Below are positions 8,449 through 16,770 of a stretch of DNA of 60,821 bases, one piece after another. The notes under the pieces are model-generated. The model worked only from the letters and a program-made list of their open reading frames with translations. It searched no databases and was not told where the DNA came from. The DNA is from a virus: positions 1 to 60,821 of the IMG/VR virus record IMGVR_UViG_3300007643_000017; one strand, written 5' to 3'. Both the position numbers and the translations under genes were made by a program. Every line of letters begins with the position of its first letter. The first letter of the stretch is position 1.

Positions 8449-10074
8449 CTATTTCTCCGTGGTAGATAGCTGAGCGTCGTGGCTCAGATACATTGTAGTG
8501 TGGCCGAGAGCTTCCGCCAGAGCCAATTCGGCTCGTGCGCCTTTGCTCTCTGCGAAACCGGGAAGCATTACGATAGCATCAGCCTCGTGGCAAATCCACT
8601 CGCAATCTTCCCCGAGCGCATCGCGCAGACTGAACTCATGATCCTCTGCGGCCTTCGACTCGTCACCGTTGACATTGCCTTTGGAGATGTCCACGCCGTC
8701 GTGGCGTTCGACATCCCGGCGAGCCGGGTTGAATGGATTCCAGCCGCCCAAAATCATCCGCATTTCGGCGGCGTGGAATGCCGGGAAGTTGAACTCTTCG
8801 TAACCGCGCATCGGACCGGCGATATAAACACCGTCGCCTTCGAACTCTCCGGTGTTAGGTGCCAACAGTTTCAGCCACTGGACGTGCAACGGGTCCGTGT
8901 CAGAGTCCCAACCAAGGTCCATGCCTATCGAACTGCTGTCGTAGTGCTGTTCGATCAGTGCTACGCGTTTGGCTTCCAACTGAACGTTGTTGGCCGTGAT
9001 CCCAACCATGCTGCCGGGGTCAACTGCTCGGTACGAGTTCATCAACTGACCGGCCATGTGGAACTGGCCCCGCTCGTCAACGAGGTTGGCGACAACGTGC
9101 ATCACAAGAGACTCGACGTTCCAGATGCCGTCGTCGTTTCCGCAATTGAATTGGCGGGCGAGGCGAAGGAATTTTTTCTTCTGGCTCAGCATCACCGAAT
9201 CGTCAACAAGGAGTTCCCTTACCGACTTCGGCTCTGACGGGCGTTGACCCTTGTTAAACGCGAGGTCACGGACAAAAGAATTGAAGGTCCGCTGTATTCC
9301 TTCCGGCCACTTCTTCAACGTCTCTTGGGCCTTGTCTATCTCCGTCATAGCGTAGAAAACAATCTCTTCGGGGCTTTCGTTGGTCCAGCCGGAGAGAGGA
9401 ACCATGACCTCGTTCGGATGCAGGATCGGTGGGATCGAATCCCCTCGCCCGACATACCCGCCGCTGGCAAATCCCATGTTTGGGAAGAGACCGGACAGCA
9501 GTCCGTCAGTCTTGCCCTCTTGACGAGGCTTGAAGATCATTTCGACAGCTTCGTTGGCCAAGCGTTTCATGATGCGATCTTCGAGCGACGAGAGATCACA
9601 CGCGAAATTCTCTACGTCTGTCTCGCAATACGCACGGAGTTGTTCGTTGACCGGCTCGCCGAGGGCTTCGGCCATAACGTCAGCCGGATTCGATTTGTAG
9701 TCGCGATCCGGTTCGGCACGTCGGTCGTCACCGATGTTCCAATGGACAGAGTGCGAGAGTGCGACGGCGTTCCAGAGAATGTGGTCAGTGTGCATCAAGC
9801 CGCTGCCTTTCTGAATCGTGCCGTCTGGGAGATGCTTGTCGAGATCGCGATCCTCGCCGCGCATATACGCACGGAGATGGCGAAAGAGTGAACCCATGAT
9901 CTGACGTTGGCCCAGACCCTTCGACCAGTTCCACGGAGCGTACTTCTCAGCGCCGTGTTCAGCGACTCGAGCATAGGCTTCCATCATTTCTTCCATCGGA
10001 AGCAGATCGTATGGCAGGTTCGCCATCTTTTCGCGTTGTGCGCCGGTCTCGGATGCGGGATGTTCTTTGGTCAT
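8449..10074 (-). CDS. Three-part fusion: MazG-like dNTP pyrophosphohydrolase N-domain (DUF5664-type), unknown middle region, and DUF4406 (nucleoside 2-deoxyribosyltransferase-like) C-domain
   Basis: N-terminus: LPYDLLPMEEMMEAYARVAEHGAEKYAPWNWSKG...FRHLRAYMRGEDRD...HTDHILWNAVAL. C-terminus: VYIAGPMRGYEEFNFPAFHAAE...CEWICHEADAIVMLPGFAESKGARAELALAEALG. Confidence 0.65.
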   Translation of the reverse strand: MTKEHPASETGAQREKMANLPYDLLPMEEMMEAYARVAEHGAEKYAPWNWSKGLGQRQIMGSLFRHLRAYMRGEDRDLDKHLPDGTIQKGSGLMHTDHILWNAVALSHSVHWNIGDDRRAEPDRDYKSNPADVMAEALGEPVNEQLRAYCETDVENFACDLSSLEDRIMKRLANEAVEMIFKPRQEGKTDGLLSGLFPNMGFASGGYVGRGDSIPPILHPNEVMVPLSGWTNESPEEIVFYAMTEIDKAQETLKKWPEGIQRTFNSFVRDLAFNKGQRPSEPKSVRELLVDDSVMLSQKKKFLRLARQFNCGNDDGIWNVESLVMHVVANLVDERGQFHMAGQLMNSYRAVDPGSMVGITANNVQLEAKRVALIEQHYDSSSIGMDLGWDSDTDPLHVQWLKLLAPNTGEFEGDGVYIAGPMRGYEEFNFPAFHAAEMRMILGGWNPFNPARRDVERHDGVDISKGNVNGDESKAAEDHEFSLRDALGEDCEWICHEADAIVMLPGFAESKGARAELALAEALGHTTMYLSHDAQLSTTEK

Positions 10075-10148
10075 ATCAGTTCTCTCAGTTTACAAATTTC
10101 AGGATAGGTCAACCCCGGGTAACGAAAATCGTCCCGGGGTATCAAAAT

Positions 10149-10628
10149 TCATGCAGCGGCAGCGCGAGCTTTGTACGCGTCGGCCAGCGGCTTCACATCG
10201 AACGATGGTTTGGGCCGCACACGCCCTTTGGCGTCAAAGCGACTGCCATCAACAGCGTAGTTCCAACCCTTGCTGACGTATGTCATCACGCGAAGGGGGA
10301 CCTTGTATCGGAGCGGATCATGTCGGCGATTGCCTGCGGCGTGAGTGTGGACCTGTTCGTCGGTTCCGACGTAGACAAGTTCCATTCCGGGACGCTTGGT
10401 CTGATGGGCAGGCATAAATACGTGAGGGACGCGCTGTGGGCCGGCACGTGAGGCTTTGATGGCAGCAGCCAGTTCTTCGGCAGACTGTTCAGCCTTGCGC
10501 ATCGGCGCAGTGATTTGGCCAAATCCTGCGGCGAGCATTGCGCCCATGCTGGCAGTAGCAGCAGCCATGTTCAGGAATTTGGAAGAAGTCTTTGTTGGGG
10601 CAGATTTACTTTTGGGGGCTTTCGCCAT
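10149..10628 (-). CDS. Hypothetical protein (159 aa)
   Basis: The ATG at 10628 has an SD (aaggatcaataccATG); the longer TTG start at 10646 has none. The N-terminus is basic and Ala-rich. No family recognised. Confidence 0.55.
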   Translation of the reverse strand: MAKAPKSKSAPTKTSSKFLNMAAATASMGAMLAAGFGQITAPMRKAEQSAEELAAAIKASRAGPQRVPHVFMPAHQTKRPGMELVYVGTDEQVHTHAAGNRRHDPLRYKVPLRVMTYVSKGWNYAVDGSRFDAKGRVRPKPSFDVKPLADAYKARAAAA

Positions 10629-10719
10629 GGTATTGATCCTTGTCAAGAGGTTGAGGCATTTCGATGGGGTACTTATGCCCTGTCAGCGCGAAACTGACAA
10701 GGCATAAAATGCAGGGTGG

Positions 10720-11598
10720 TTAATACGACTTGCCGCCATCCTTGATCCGGTTCTCCGGCTTGTGGTCTGCCCGAGTCGAATTGAACTTCAATTTGGCAGC
10801 CATGGCCAGACCGAAGTTGGCTTGCGCACGTGCTGCCATCGTGAAGATGTGCATCACAGCTTTCGCCAATGCGACTTCCACTTCGAGACGGTCGTACAGA
10901 ACAGAGTTGGTGATCTGCTTCCGGTCGCCTTCCATGGCTTCCGAAATCTTGTTCACGATAGCCATCACAGAGTCGTCAGCGTCAGCATCACGCTCGGCCA
11001 GAACCATCTCGTCAAGAAGCATCTGATAGTCGCGGCGAATCGCGACAATCGCACCGCCGATGTCCAGACCCATCCGACCGGCGAAGTCAAAGATGCGAAT
11101 CAATGTGTCCGCCATCTCAACGTCAAACCCGGAGAACTTCGGCAGCTTGTCGTCTTGGAGATTCAAACGAATCGCTTCATCTGCCTCAGATAGTTCCGAA
11201 ACTATCAGCATGAATTGCTCTCCGGTATTTCGACTGGGGAGAGGCTGCATAGTCGCGGGGTTGTGATACCAACCGCAAGCCCGAGACAGGCCGTGACAGG
11301 TCGTAGAGAGCAGCGCACACGCGTCTTCAATGTTGGACTCGGTTGTGGCGTCCATCGCAGGTGGATCAATCGTTAGATCGAGCGCCTGTCGAAGCTGCTG
11401 ACCAGCCAAGTTGATTAGTTCCATTGATAGCGGATACTCAGCGGGGACGAACAAATGGTTTTCACCGGCCTGCGGCAGAGCCTCAATCAGGTGTTCGTTG
11501 TTGGCGTAGTATTCCGGCAAGGGTGGCATGCCGAGAACAGTCTTGTCCGACATCTGGGCGTCGGTCCGGCCTTCGCCGATGGGGGTTACGTTAGTCAT
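10720..11598 (-). CDS. Tandem MazG-like nucleoside triphosphate pyrophosphohydrolase
   Basis: Two all-alpha NTP-PPase-like units: MLIVSELSEADEAIR...VEMADTLIRIFDFAGRMGLDIGGAI and VNKISEAMEGDR...ALAKAVMHIFTMAA...KLKFNSTRADHKPENRIKDGGKSY. Confidence 0.65.
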   Translation of the reverse strand: MTNVTPIGEGRTDAQMSDKTVLGMPPLPEYYANNEHLIEALPQAGENHLFVPAEYPLSMELINLAGQQLRQALDLTIDPPAMDATTESNIEDACALLSTTCHGLSRACGWYHNPATMQPLPSRNTGEQFMLIVSELSEADEAIRLNLQDDKLPKFSGFDVEMADTLIRIFDFAGRMGLDIGGAIVAIRRDYQMLLDEMVLAERDADADDSVMAIVNKISEAMEGDRKQITNSVLYDRLEVEVALAKAVMHIFTMAARAQANFGLAMAAKLKFNSTRADHKPENRIKDGGKSY

Positions 11599-11600
11599 TG

Positions 11601-11819
11601 TCAGGATTCCTTGTTTTCTGGGTTTTCGGCCCGGGAGATGATTTTGTCGATCTCATGGACTGTCTCGTTCACCCAGTACGGGTGATGTAGATACTCCACG
11701 TGAACGATAGAATGTGCCGACTGAGGGGCCGGGCAAGCCGACACGATATACTTCGTGTTGACCAGTACCGGCTCGTCAGTCCCGTTCTTCCACGAGCGAG
11801 TGAGAATGATCTTGGCCAT
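11601..11819 (-). CDS. Hypothetical protein (72 aa)
   Basis: ORF tightly packed between coupled neighbours (TAATG overlap at 11819). Confidence 0.5.
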   Translation of the reverse strand: MAKIILTRSWKNGTDEPVLVNTKYIVSACPAPQSAHSIVHVEYLHHPYWVNETVHEIDKIISRAENPENKES

Positions 11820-12736
11820 TATCCCTCGTCCTCAAATTCGATTTCGTTGCGAGCAAAGTCGAACACCTTGTTGGAGTTCATCTCAATCCATTGCAACATT
11901 TCTTTATCGGCCTGCCCTTCACTGGATTTCTTTTCCCAGTCCGGCATGTCGATCAGTTCGAGAATCTGTTTCTCGACAAGCTCGCGAATGATCGTTGGAG
12001 TCAGGGCGTCAAGCTCCCATGACTTCTCGCCGAAGTTGTCGATGTAGTTACCCACGCGACTGTCCGTCAGCTTGGCCGGGTTTGGCGGCGGGTTGTGTTT
12101 CCGAACCTGATCCATGTTCAGGGCGATCCGGTGAATTTCGATGTCCGCGCCGAACACTTCCATGCGGTCAAGGTTGTCGCGGGTCATGTCGATACCGCTC
12201 GGGTCGTGGTCTCCGAGATGAATCAGGTGACACGATTTCCCGGCTCGCATGGCTTGGCGGAACCGAAGACTGCCTTGCCACATTTCCGAAGACGACACGT
12301 AGCCCTTACAGGCCATGAACGGCACGTCCCACTTCTCACAAGGAGTCTGGATGGAGCGGACCAGAGAGGCTTTCTCGATCCAGCATTCGACGTAGTTGTC
12401 TTGCTCGGCCCAACGGTCTGGCGCGTAGTGCGCAGCGATATTGTCGAGAACAGCTTCCGGGTCGTCCTGCACATATGCCGTGTGGCATGTGCGCTCGCGA
12501 TCCTCAATAGCGGTCCATGAGATCAACCCGGCCAGACGGGCGTTAGAGATCACGTCTCCGAGCCGGTCGTAGTTGGCCTGCCGGTTGGCGAACAGGTCAC
12601 GCGAAACGAACTGATAGTATAGCTGGCGAAGCGATAGCGGCTCGTCAGTGTACTCCGTCAGGATTTCGGCAGCTTGGTCGATAATCTTCTGTGTTCGCTT
12701 CTGGAAGCGACGTGGTGTGTAGCAGATCAGGGTCAT
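11819..12736 (-). CDS. Spo11/Topoisomerase-VI-subunit-A-like protein (5Y-CAP-like plus Toprim), stand-alone
   Basis: LSLRQLYYQFVS is a candidate catalytic-Tyr motif. Toprim-like acidic residues are VECWIEKASLV and HLGDHDPSGIDM. No B-subunit/ATPase gene is nearby. Confidence 0.55.
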   Translation of the reverse strand: MTLICYTPRRFQKRTQKIIDQAAEILTEYTDEPLSLRQLYYQFVSRDLFANRQANYDRLGDVISNARLAGLISWTAIEDRERTCHTAYVQDDPEAVLDNIAAHYAPDRWAEQDNYVECWIEKASLVRSIQTPCEKWDVPFMACKGYVSSSEMWQGSLRFRQAMRAGKSCHLIHLGDHDPSGIDMTRDNLDRMEVFGADIEIHRIALNMDQVRKHNPPPNPAKLTDSRVGNYIDNFGEKSWELDALTPTIIRELVEKQILELIDMPDWEKKSSEGQADKEMLQWIEMNSNKVFDFARNEIEFEDEG

Positions 12737-12829
12737 TGTCAGGATGTCCTATCAGGATGTTTGGCTCAGGAATAAGAAACCACGCCATAAATGAAATGGC
12801 GCAGTCGATTCCAAATGAGATCAGTCGAT

Positions 12830-13216
12830 TCAATGTTGGGTCTCCGGCTTGCCCGAAACAGTTTCGCCGTCAACGACCGGCATCACGCTCAACGGAGCGC
12901 CTTCTGTCCATTCGTTGCCATTCAGGTCACGGCACTTGTTTGTCATCGGATCGTAGATCACTACGTCGCGAGGAAGATGCTTCTCAGTACAAAGGAACTC
13001 TGCCTGCTGAGACGCTGTGTAGATGGGGGACAGCATTGCCACCTTACCGTGCGGGTGGAGAGCCGTATGACCTTCGTTCGCGCAAGCGGCGCATCGGTAG
13101 CCTTTGTTCTGCGGAGCGACCGGCACTGCGTAGGCTTCGGGCCGTCCGTCTTCTCGACCGAGGGCTTTGAGTTGGGCGTCCATCGCTTTGTCGATTCTGG
13201 GGTCATTATGATTCAT
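12830..13216 (-). CDS. Hypothetical Cys/His-containing protein (128 aa)
   Basis: ORF with YRCAACANEGH...LHPH and scattered Cys residues. No family recognised. Confidence 0.5.
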   Translation of the reverse strand: MNHNDPRIDKAMDAQLKALGREDGRPEAYAVPVAPQNKGYRCAACANEGHTALHPHGKVAMLSPIYTASQQAEFLCTEKHLPRDVVIYDPMTNKCRDLNGNEWTEGAPLSVMPVVDGETVSGKPETQH

Positions 13217-13249
13217 AGTATTTTTCCGATCAGGGGAGCGAGGCTCCGA

Positions 13250-13576
13250 TTAAATTTTGTCGCCAGTGTCTTTCGGCGGTGCCTTTGTCTGCCAGTTTTT
13301 ACCGGCAGTCATCAAGCACATTGTTCCGTTAGGGTTAAGGCGAGCGAACGTCCACGTGCCCTTCGGAGAGACGTACAGTCGGAACGCGAACTTGCCGGAC
13401 TGATGTAGCCCGACGCCTGCCGGTTCTTCCTTGTACTTCTTCAACAGGTGCGCTTCCATTTTCACTTTTGTGTCACAGATCGGGCGCTGTTGGGCGTAGG
13501 CCGGACCGGAACACGAAGCGAGGATGGCTGCCACGCCGATAGCGCCGCACAGGTATCTGAGGGTTTTGTGAGTCAT
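13250..13576 (-). CDS. Putative lipoprotein (108 aa)
   Basis: MTHKTLRYLCGAIGVAAILASC|S is a signal peptide with an LASC lipobox. Confidence 0.6.
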   Translation of the reverse strand: MTHKTLRYLCGAIGVAAILASCSGPAYAQQRPICDTKVKMEAHLLKKYKEEPAGVGLHQSGKFAFRLYVSPKGTWTFARLNPNGTMCLMTAGKNWQTKAPPKDTGDKI

Positions 13577-13611
13577 AATCGTATCCTTGGTTTCGTTTCA
13601 ACGGCGACAGG

Positions 13612-14109
13612 CTACCCCTGCTTGAGGAAGTTGACAAGCTCTTCACCCTTGAGCGTGACGTGCAACGCCCTTGGTGACAGCAGGCGACGGTTGCGAAGGA
13701 CTTCCACGACTTGGCTGAACGCAGCCCCGCCACAGTCCCCGGTGAGGCCTTCGTGGATCGCGACGAGAGTGTCTTTCTCGTATCCGCTAAGGTTTGCCGC
13801 ATAGTGTTCTGGCTTGACGTTCTGCCAGTCTGGCGCATTCTCACCGACACCGGGGTCGTCATCAAGCAACCACACGTGCCGGACAGAGCCTTCGTCGTCT
13901 TTGACCTCGGTCCGATGCACCGGCAGTGAATCAAAATGCTCCGTTGGCATCTCGGTCGGCGGTCTGTCGTACATCACTGGCAGGATCATCGACCCCGGCG
14001 TACCGTGGGGCCGTGCGCCTCGGTAGTTGTAGACGTGTCGGATACCGGCAGATTGGAACTGAGGTCCCGGGAGATTGGAGGGCGCATAGATTTTCAGAGC
14101 GTTGCTCAT
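13612..14109 (-). CDS. Hypothetical protein (165 aa)
   Basis: ORF with an ATGA overlap to the downstream gene. No family recognised. Confidence 0.5.
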   Translation of the reverse strand: MSNALKIYAPSNLPGPQFQSAGIRHVYNYRGARPHGTPGSMILPVMYDRPPTEMPTEHFDSLPVHRTEVKDDEGSVRHVWLLDDDPGVGENAPDWQNVKPEHYAANLSGYEKDTLVAIHEGLTGDCGGAAFSQVVEVLRNRRLLSPRALHVTLKGEELVNFLKQG

Positions 14110-14771
14110 TTCTTGTTTCCTTGGTGGTGAGTGTAGATCAGTTTACGTTCCCAGTTGCGCTCGGTTTCGTCGGGCGTGAAGTACCCGAGATCGGCGCTGT
14201 ACCCGTGATCCAGTTGCTCAACCAAAGTCGCCACGTCACGCAGTTCGTTGCGCAGCAAAGTCATGTTGTTGGTCGAAGGATCTTTCGGATGGAATGAGAA
14301 CGGACCGTGCCGGAGAATCTTCTGACAGGCTTGCGCCACTTCGCTGGCCTCTTCGCTCAGCATTGTCCACAGTTCCTGTTCCCGTTTCGATAGACCCGTC
14401 ACAGGATCAATTTCATAACTGGTGATCGTCACCTCGGGTGTTTCCGGTACGTAGACCGAGAAGTGGTAGAGGAAATCTTCTGTGGGTACTTCTCTGCGCC
14501 TGTCTCGGTCCAAGGATGCGACGGTCAGGGCAGGGGACCGCATGTGTGGTTCGTCTCGCAGGCCCACGACTTGAACCATCTCGCCCTCGTCATAATTGGC
14601 ACTAGCTCTGTCGCAAATATACTTGATGCGCGGCGTGACACCTTGCGGCCAATCGGCGGCATTGCTCATGGAAGACATAGTGGTCAAACTTTCTGCGAGA
14701 GATTCTTCGCTGTCGTGAGTTGTAATCAGATGGGCGATAAAAGAAACGGGGAACATGTCGAGGCTTGCCAT
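14106..14771 (-). CDS. Protein with a C-terminal MazG-like (all-alpha NTP-PPase-like) domain
   Basis: The internal start MASLDMF at 14771 shares one nt with the upstream stop (TGATG). The C-terminus is ELWTMLSEEASEVAQACQKILRHG...LLRNELRDVATLVEQL. The Arg-rich 5' extension in the ORF track is rejected. Confidence 0.5.
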   Translation of the reverse strand: MASLDMFPVSFIAHLITTHDSEESLAESLTTMSSMSNAADWPQGVTPRIKYICDRASANYDEGEMVQVVGLRDEPHMRSPALTVASLDRDRRREVPTEDFLYHFSVYVPETPEVTITSYEIDPVTGLSKREQELWTMLSEEASEVAQACQKILRHGPFSFHPKDPSTNNMTLLRNELRDVATLVEQLDHGYSADLGYFTPDETERNWERKLIYTHHQGNKK

Positions 14772-15061
14772 CACTTGTACCTCACCCAAAAGTTTCCGGC
14801 GATGTGTTGCAGTTGCCCGTTGCCCACCACCTCGTCTTGAGTCCCCATAGGTCGATCCCTGCAATCGCCGGACGTGCCATCTTTCAGGATCGCCATTATT
14901 GCGATCTTGTCTTGGCTGAGCCAGCTTCCGTGAATTTTCCGGTACTCGAAAGACTCTACCATTGCGACGTGGACGAACTGGTGATCCTCGGCCATGCACC
15001 CTCGACAGTCTACGGTCATGACGATGTCGCCCACACGCATCTTTCGTTTGAAGAGTTTCAT
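14771..15061 (-). CDS. Hypothetical protein (96 aa)
   Basis: Start MKLFKRK at 15061 overlaps the upstream stop (ATGA). Confidence 0.5.
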   Translation of the reverse strand: MKLFKRKMRVGDIVMTVDCRGCMAEDHQFVHVAMVESFEYRKIHGSWLSQDKIAIMAILKDGTSGDCRDRPMGTQDEVVGNGQLQHIAGNFWVRYK

Positions 15062-15267
15062 AGCGGTTTCTTTCCATAAAGAGCTTCGCGATGGCTGGTG
15101 AGAGACACGTCGTAGGGTCCAACGCATGTGTTGCATTTGTACGGCTGATAGCCGGACGTTGATTTACAACCGGTGAGAATCAGCAGAGCGACAATTGCCA
15201 GAGCAAATGATACTCCGTAGATCGGGAACCACGGGCGGCGTTTCTTCGGGGGGTCGAAATGGGTCAT
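15058..15267 (-). CDS. Small lipoprotein (69 aa)
   Basis: FALAIVALLILTGC|K is a signal anchor plus LTGC lipobox. It is the first gene after the 15.3-kb control region. Confidence 0.6.
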   Translation of the reverse strand: MTHFDPPKKRRPWFPIYGVSFALAIVALLILTGCKSTSGYQPYKCNTCVGPYDVSLTSHREALYGKKPL

Positions 15268-15351
15268 GCGTTCGACACTATATTCTGTGTAATATAAGTC
15301 AACAGCACTTTCGCACGATGGTTAATCCGTTTACGGGCTTGCCCGCACTAT

Positions 15352-15393
15352 CGCTCAGCTTATCATATGATACGCAATTGTAGATCATATGAT
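15352..15393. promoter_or_regulatory. Operator-like cluster: CGCTCAGCTT box followed by two perfect palindromes ATCATATGAT (15362-15371, 15384-15393)
   Basis: Read directly. The palindrome centres are 22 bp apart. On the minus strand, TTGACT (15297-15302) N14 TATAGT (15277-15282) lies just downstream, ahead of the 15267 start. Confidence 0.5.
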
Positions 15394-15415
15394 AAATTTG
15401 ATGCACAAAAGTAGA

Positions 15416-16651
15416 TCAGAGAGTGATACGCGCCCGACCGATTTCCCCGTTCTCACGATGATACGTGATGCTCGACAGCGACCGACCGGCGAGATAGCCG
15501 TGCTGGTGGTGATACGCATCCTGCGCCGTAGGAGCCTGATGGCTCTCCGTGACGATCCCACCGGCCTCAAAGACACGTTGCGTCTTGTGGTGGACGTGGA
15601 AGCCGTGCGCGTAACGGTGCTTGGTGCGACCCCATGCTTCGGACATCCGGGCTGCCATAATCATCGGCATGTCGATCAGCTTGGCAGCGTGACCGTGCGT
15701 CGCGCCGAGAAGAGTCTTGCCGAACTCGAACCACCAGAACAGCGACGGGTCCGTGTCGATGACGACGCGATCCACATCCCGATACCACGCATGGAGGAAC
15801 CATGTCATGGCGATGGCAGAGTGTTCGTCGTGGTTGCCGGGGAGAATGCGAACGTGGGCTGTCTTGTGTTTGGTCAGCGCCAGTTCGATTTGATAGACCA
15901 GCAATTCACCGGCCTTGCCGAGAACCTTGGAGTAGCGAGTGTCCACGTCGAGCGTGTTGCCAGACTTCATGGTCCGGTTCTCGCTGTTGTCGGCATGCAG
16001 CAGATCGCCGCCGCCCAGAATGATGGCGCTTTCCGAAGCCGGACTCGCTGCGTTGATTCTACCCATGCCGTTTTGATAGGCGTCAATGGCAATCGGGACA
16101 TCCCAATCTTCGCCAGTCTCACTGCCCCAAGCGAAAAGGCCGAGGTGCAGATCGGGAAGCGGATAGAGGCAGGTCGTGTCGGCGGAGAAATCGACTGGCT
16201 CAGCTATTTTGAAATTCGGACGTTTCCAATCCTTGAACGCATCTTGAATTGACTCGACGGCGCTCTCGGCGTTGTCCCGGTCGATGACTGTTTTGTACCA
16301 CGTTTGGATCGTGTTGCCGTTGCCGTCGATCAGAGTGGAGATGCCCTTGACGGTGTGACCCTCGGGAATGTCGGCGAGATCGTCTCTCGCTCGGTCTGTT
16401 TTGACCGACGAACTCTTGATGTTGCCATCGGAATCGAGTTGGTGGCTTTCGGATTTGATTTCCTGTCCGGGGACTACGATGCCATCTGGATAGCGGTGGT
16501 CGAGATTGCGGGAGAAATACTTGTTGTACCGATTTTGGAAAGTGGCCCGAGGAATGCCCATGGCGATGGCCGCGTTGGTTTGGGTCCCGAAAGTCTGCAC
16601 GGCTTGGAAGGCTTCGATACATTCGGCGTCAGTAAGAGGCTTCTGTCCCAT
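15416..16651 (-). CDS. HTH domain fused to a calcineurin-like metallophosphoesterase
   Basis: N-terminus QTNAAIAMGIPRATFQNRYNK is HTH-like. Phosphoesterase motifs: PDLHLG, GGGDLLHADN, PGNHDEH, ATHGH, GFHVHH. Confidence 0.7.
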   Translation of the reverse strand: MGQKPLTDAECIEAFQAVQTFGTQTNAAIAMGIPRATFQNRYNKYFSRNLDHRYPDGIVVPGQEIKSESHQLDSDGNIKSSSVKTDRARDDLADIPEGHTVKGISTLIDGNGNTIQTWYKTVIDRDNAESAVESIQDAFKDWKRPNFKIAEPVDFSADTTCLYPLPDLHLGLFAWGSETGEDWDVPIAIDAYQNGMGRINAASPASESAIILGGGDLLHADNSENRTMKSGNTLDVDTRYSKVLGKAGELLVYQIELALTKHKTAHVRILPGNHDEHSAIAMTWFLHAWYRDVDRVVIDTDPSLFWWFEFGKTLLGATHGHAAKLIDMPMIMAARMSEAWGRTKHRYAHGFHVHHKTQRVFEAGGIVTESHQAPTAQDAYHHQHGYLAGRSLSSITYHRENGEIGRARITL

Positions 16652-16697
16652 GGGGCAATCCTTTATTCATCGTTGGTGGAAATCTGTAGACTGAAAC

Positions 16698-16770
16698 CGC
16701 TCAGCTTGTCTACCCCTGTCAAGTCGCTCAGCTTGTTTCGAATTTCGATATGGTGAATCGCTCAGCTTGT
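16698..16770. repeat. Three direct copies of CGCTCAGCTTGT (16698, 16725, 16759) upstream of the HTH-phosphoesterase gene
   Basis: Read directly; spacing is 27 and 34 bp. A fourth copy (CGCTCAGCTT) lies at 15352, just downstream of the same gene. Confidence 0.8.

Noticed and set aside
10112-10140. Hairpins after genes 10149 and 10720 (accccggg/cccggggt at 10112-10140; tatgccctgtcag/ctgacaaggcata at 10674-10706) as terminators
   Set aside because: The stems are real, but no U-run follows on the transcribed (minus) strand and the genes continue in the same operon. They may be RNA-stability or attenuator elements; they are not called as terminators.
14772-15122. The 117-codon N-terminal extension of the MazG-like gene (Arg-rich: GRHRHDRRLSRVHGRG...)
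   Set aside because: It overlaps a better ORF (14771-15061) in another frame that is translationally coupled at both ends. The composition is typical of an out-of-frame read-through.
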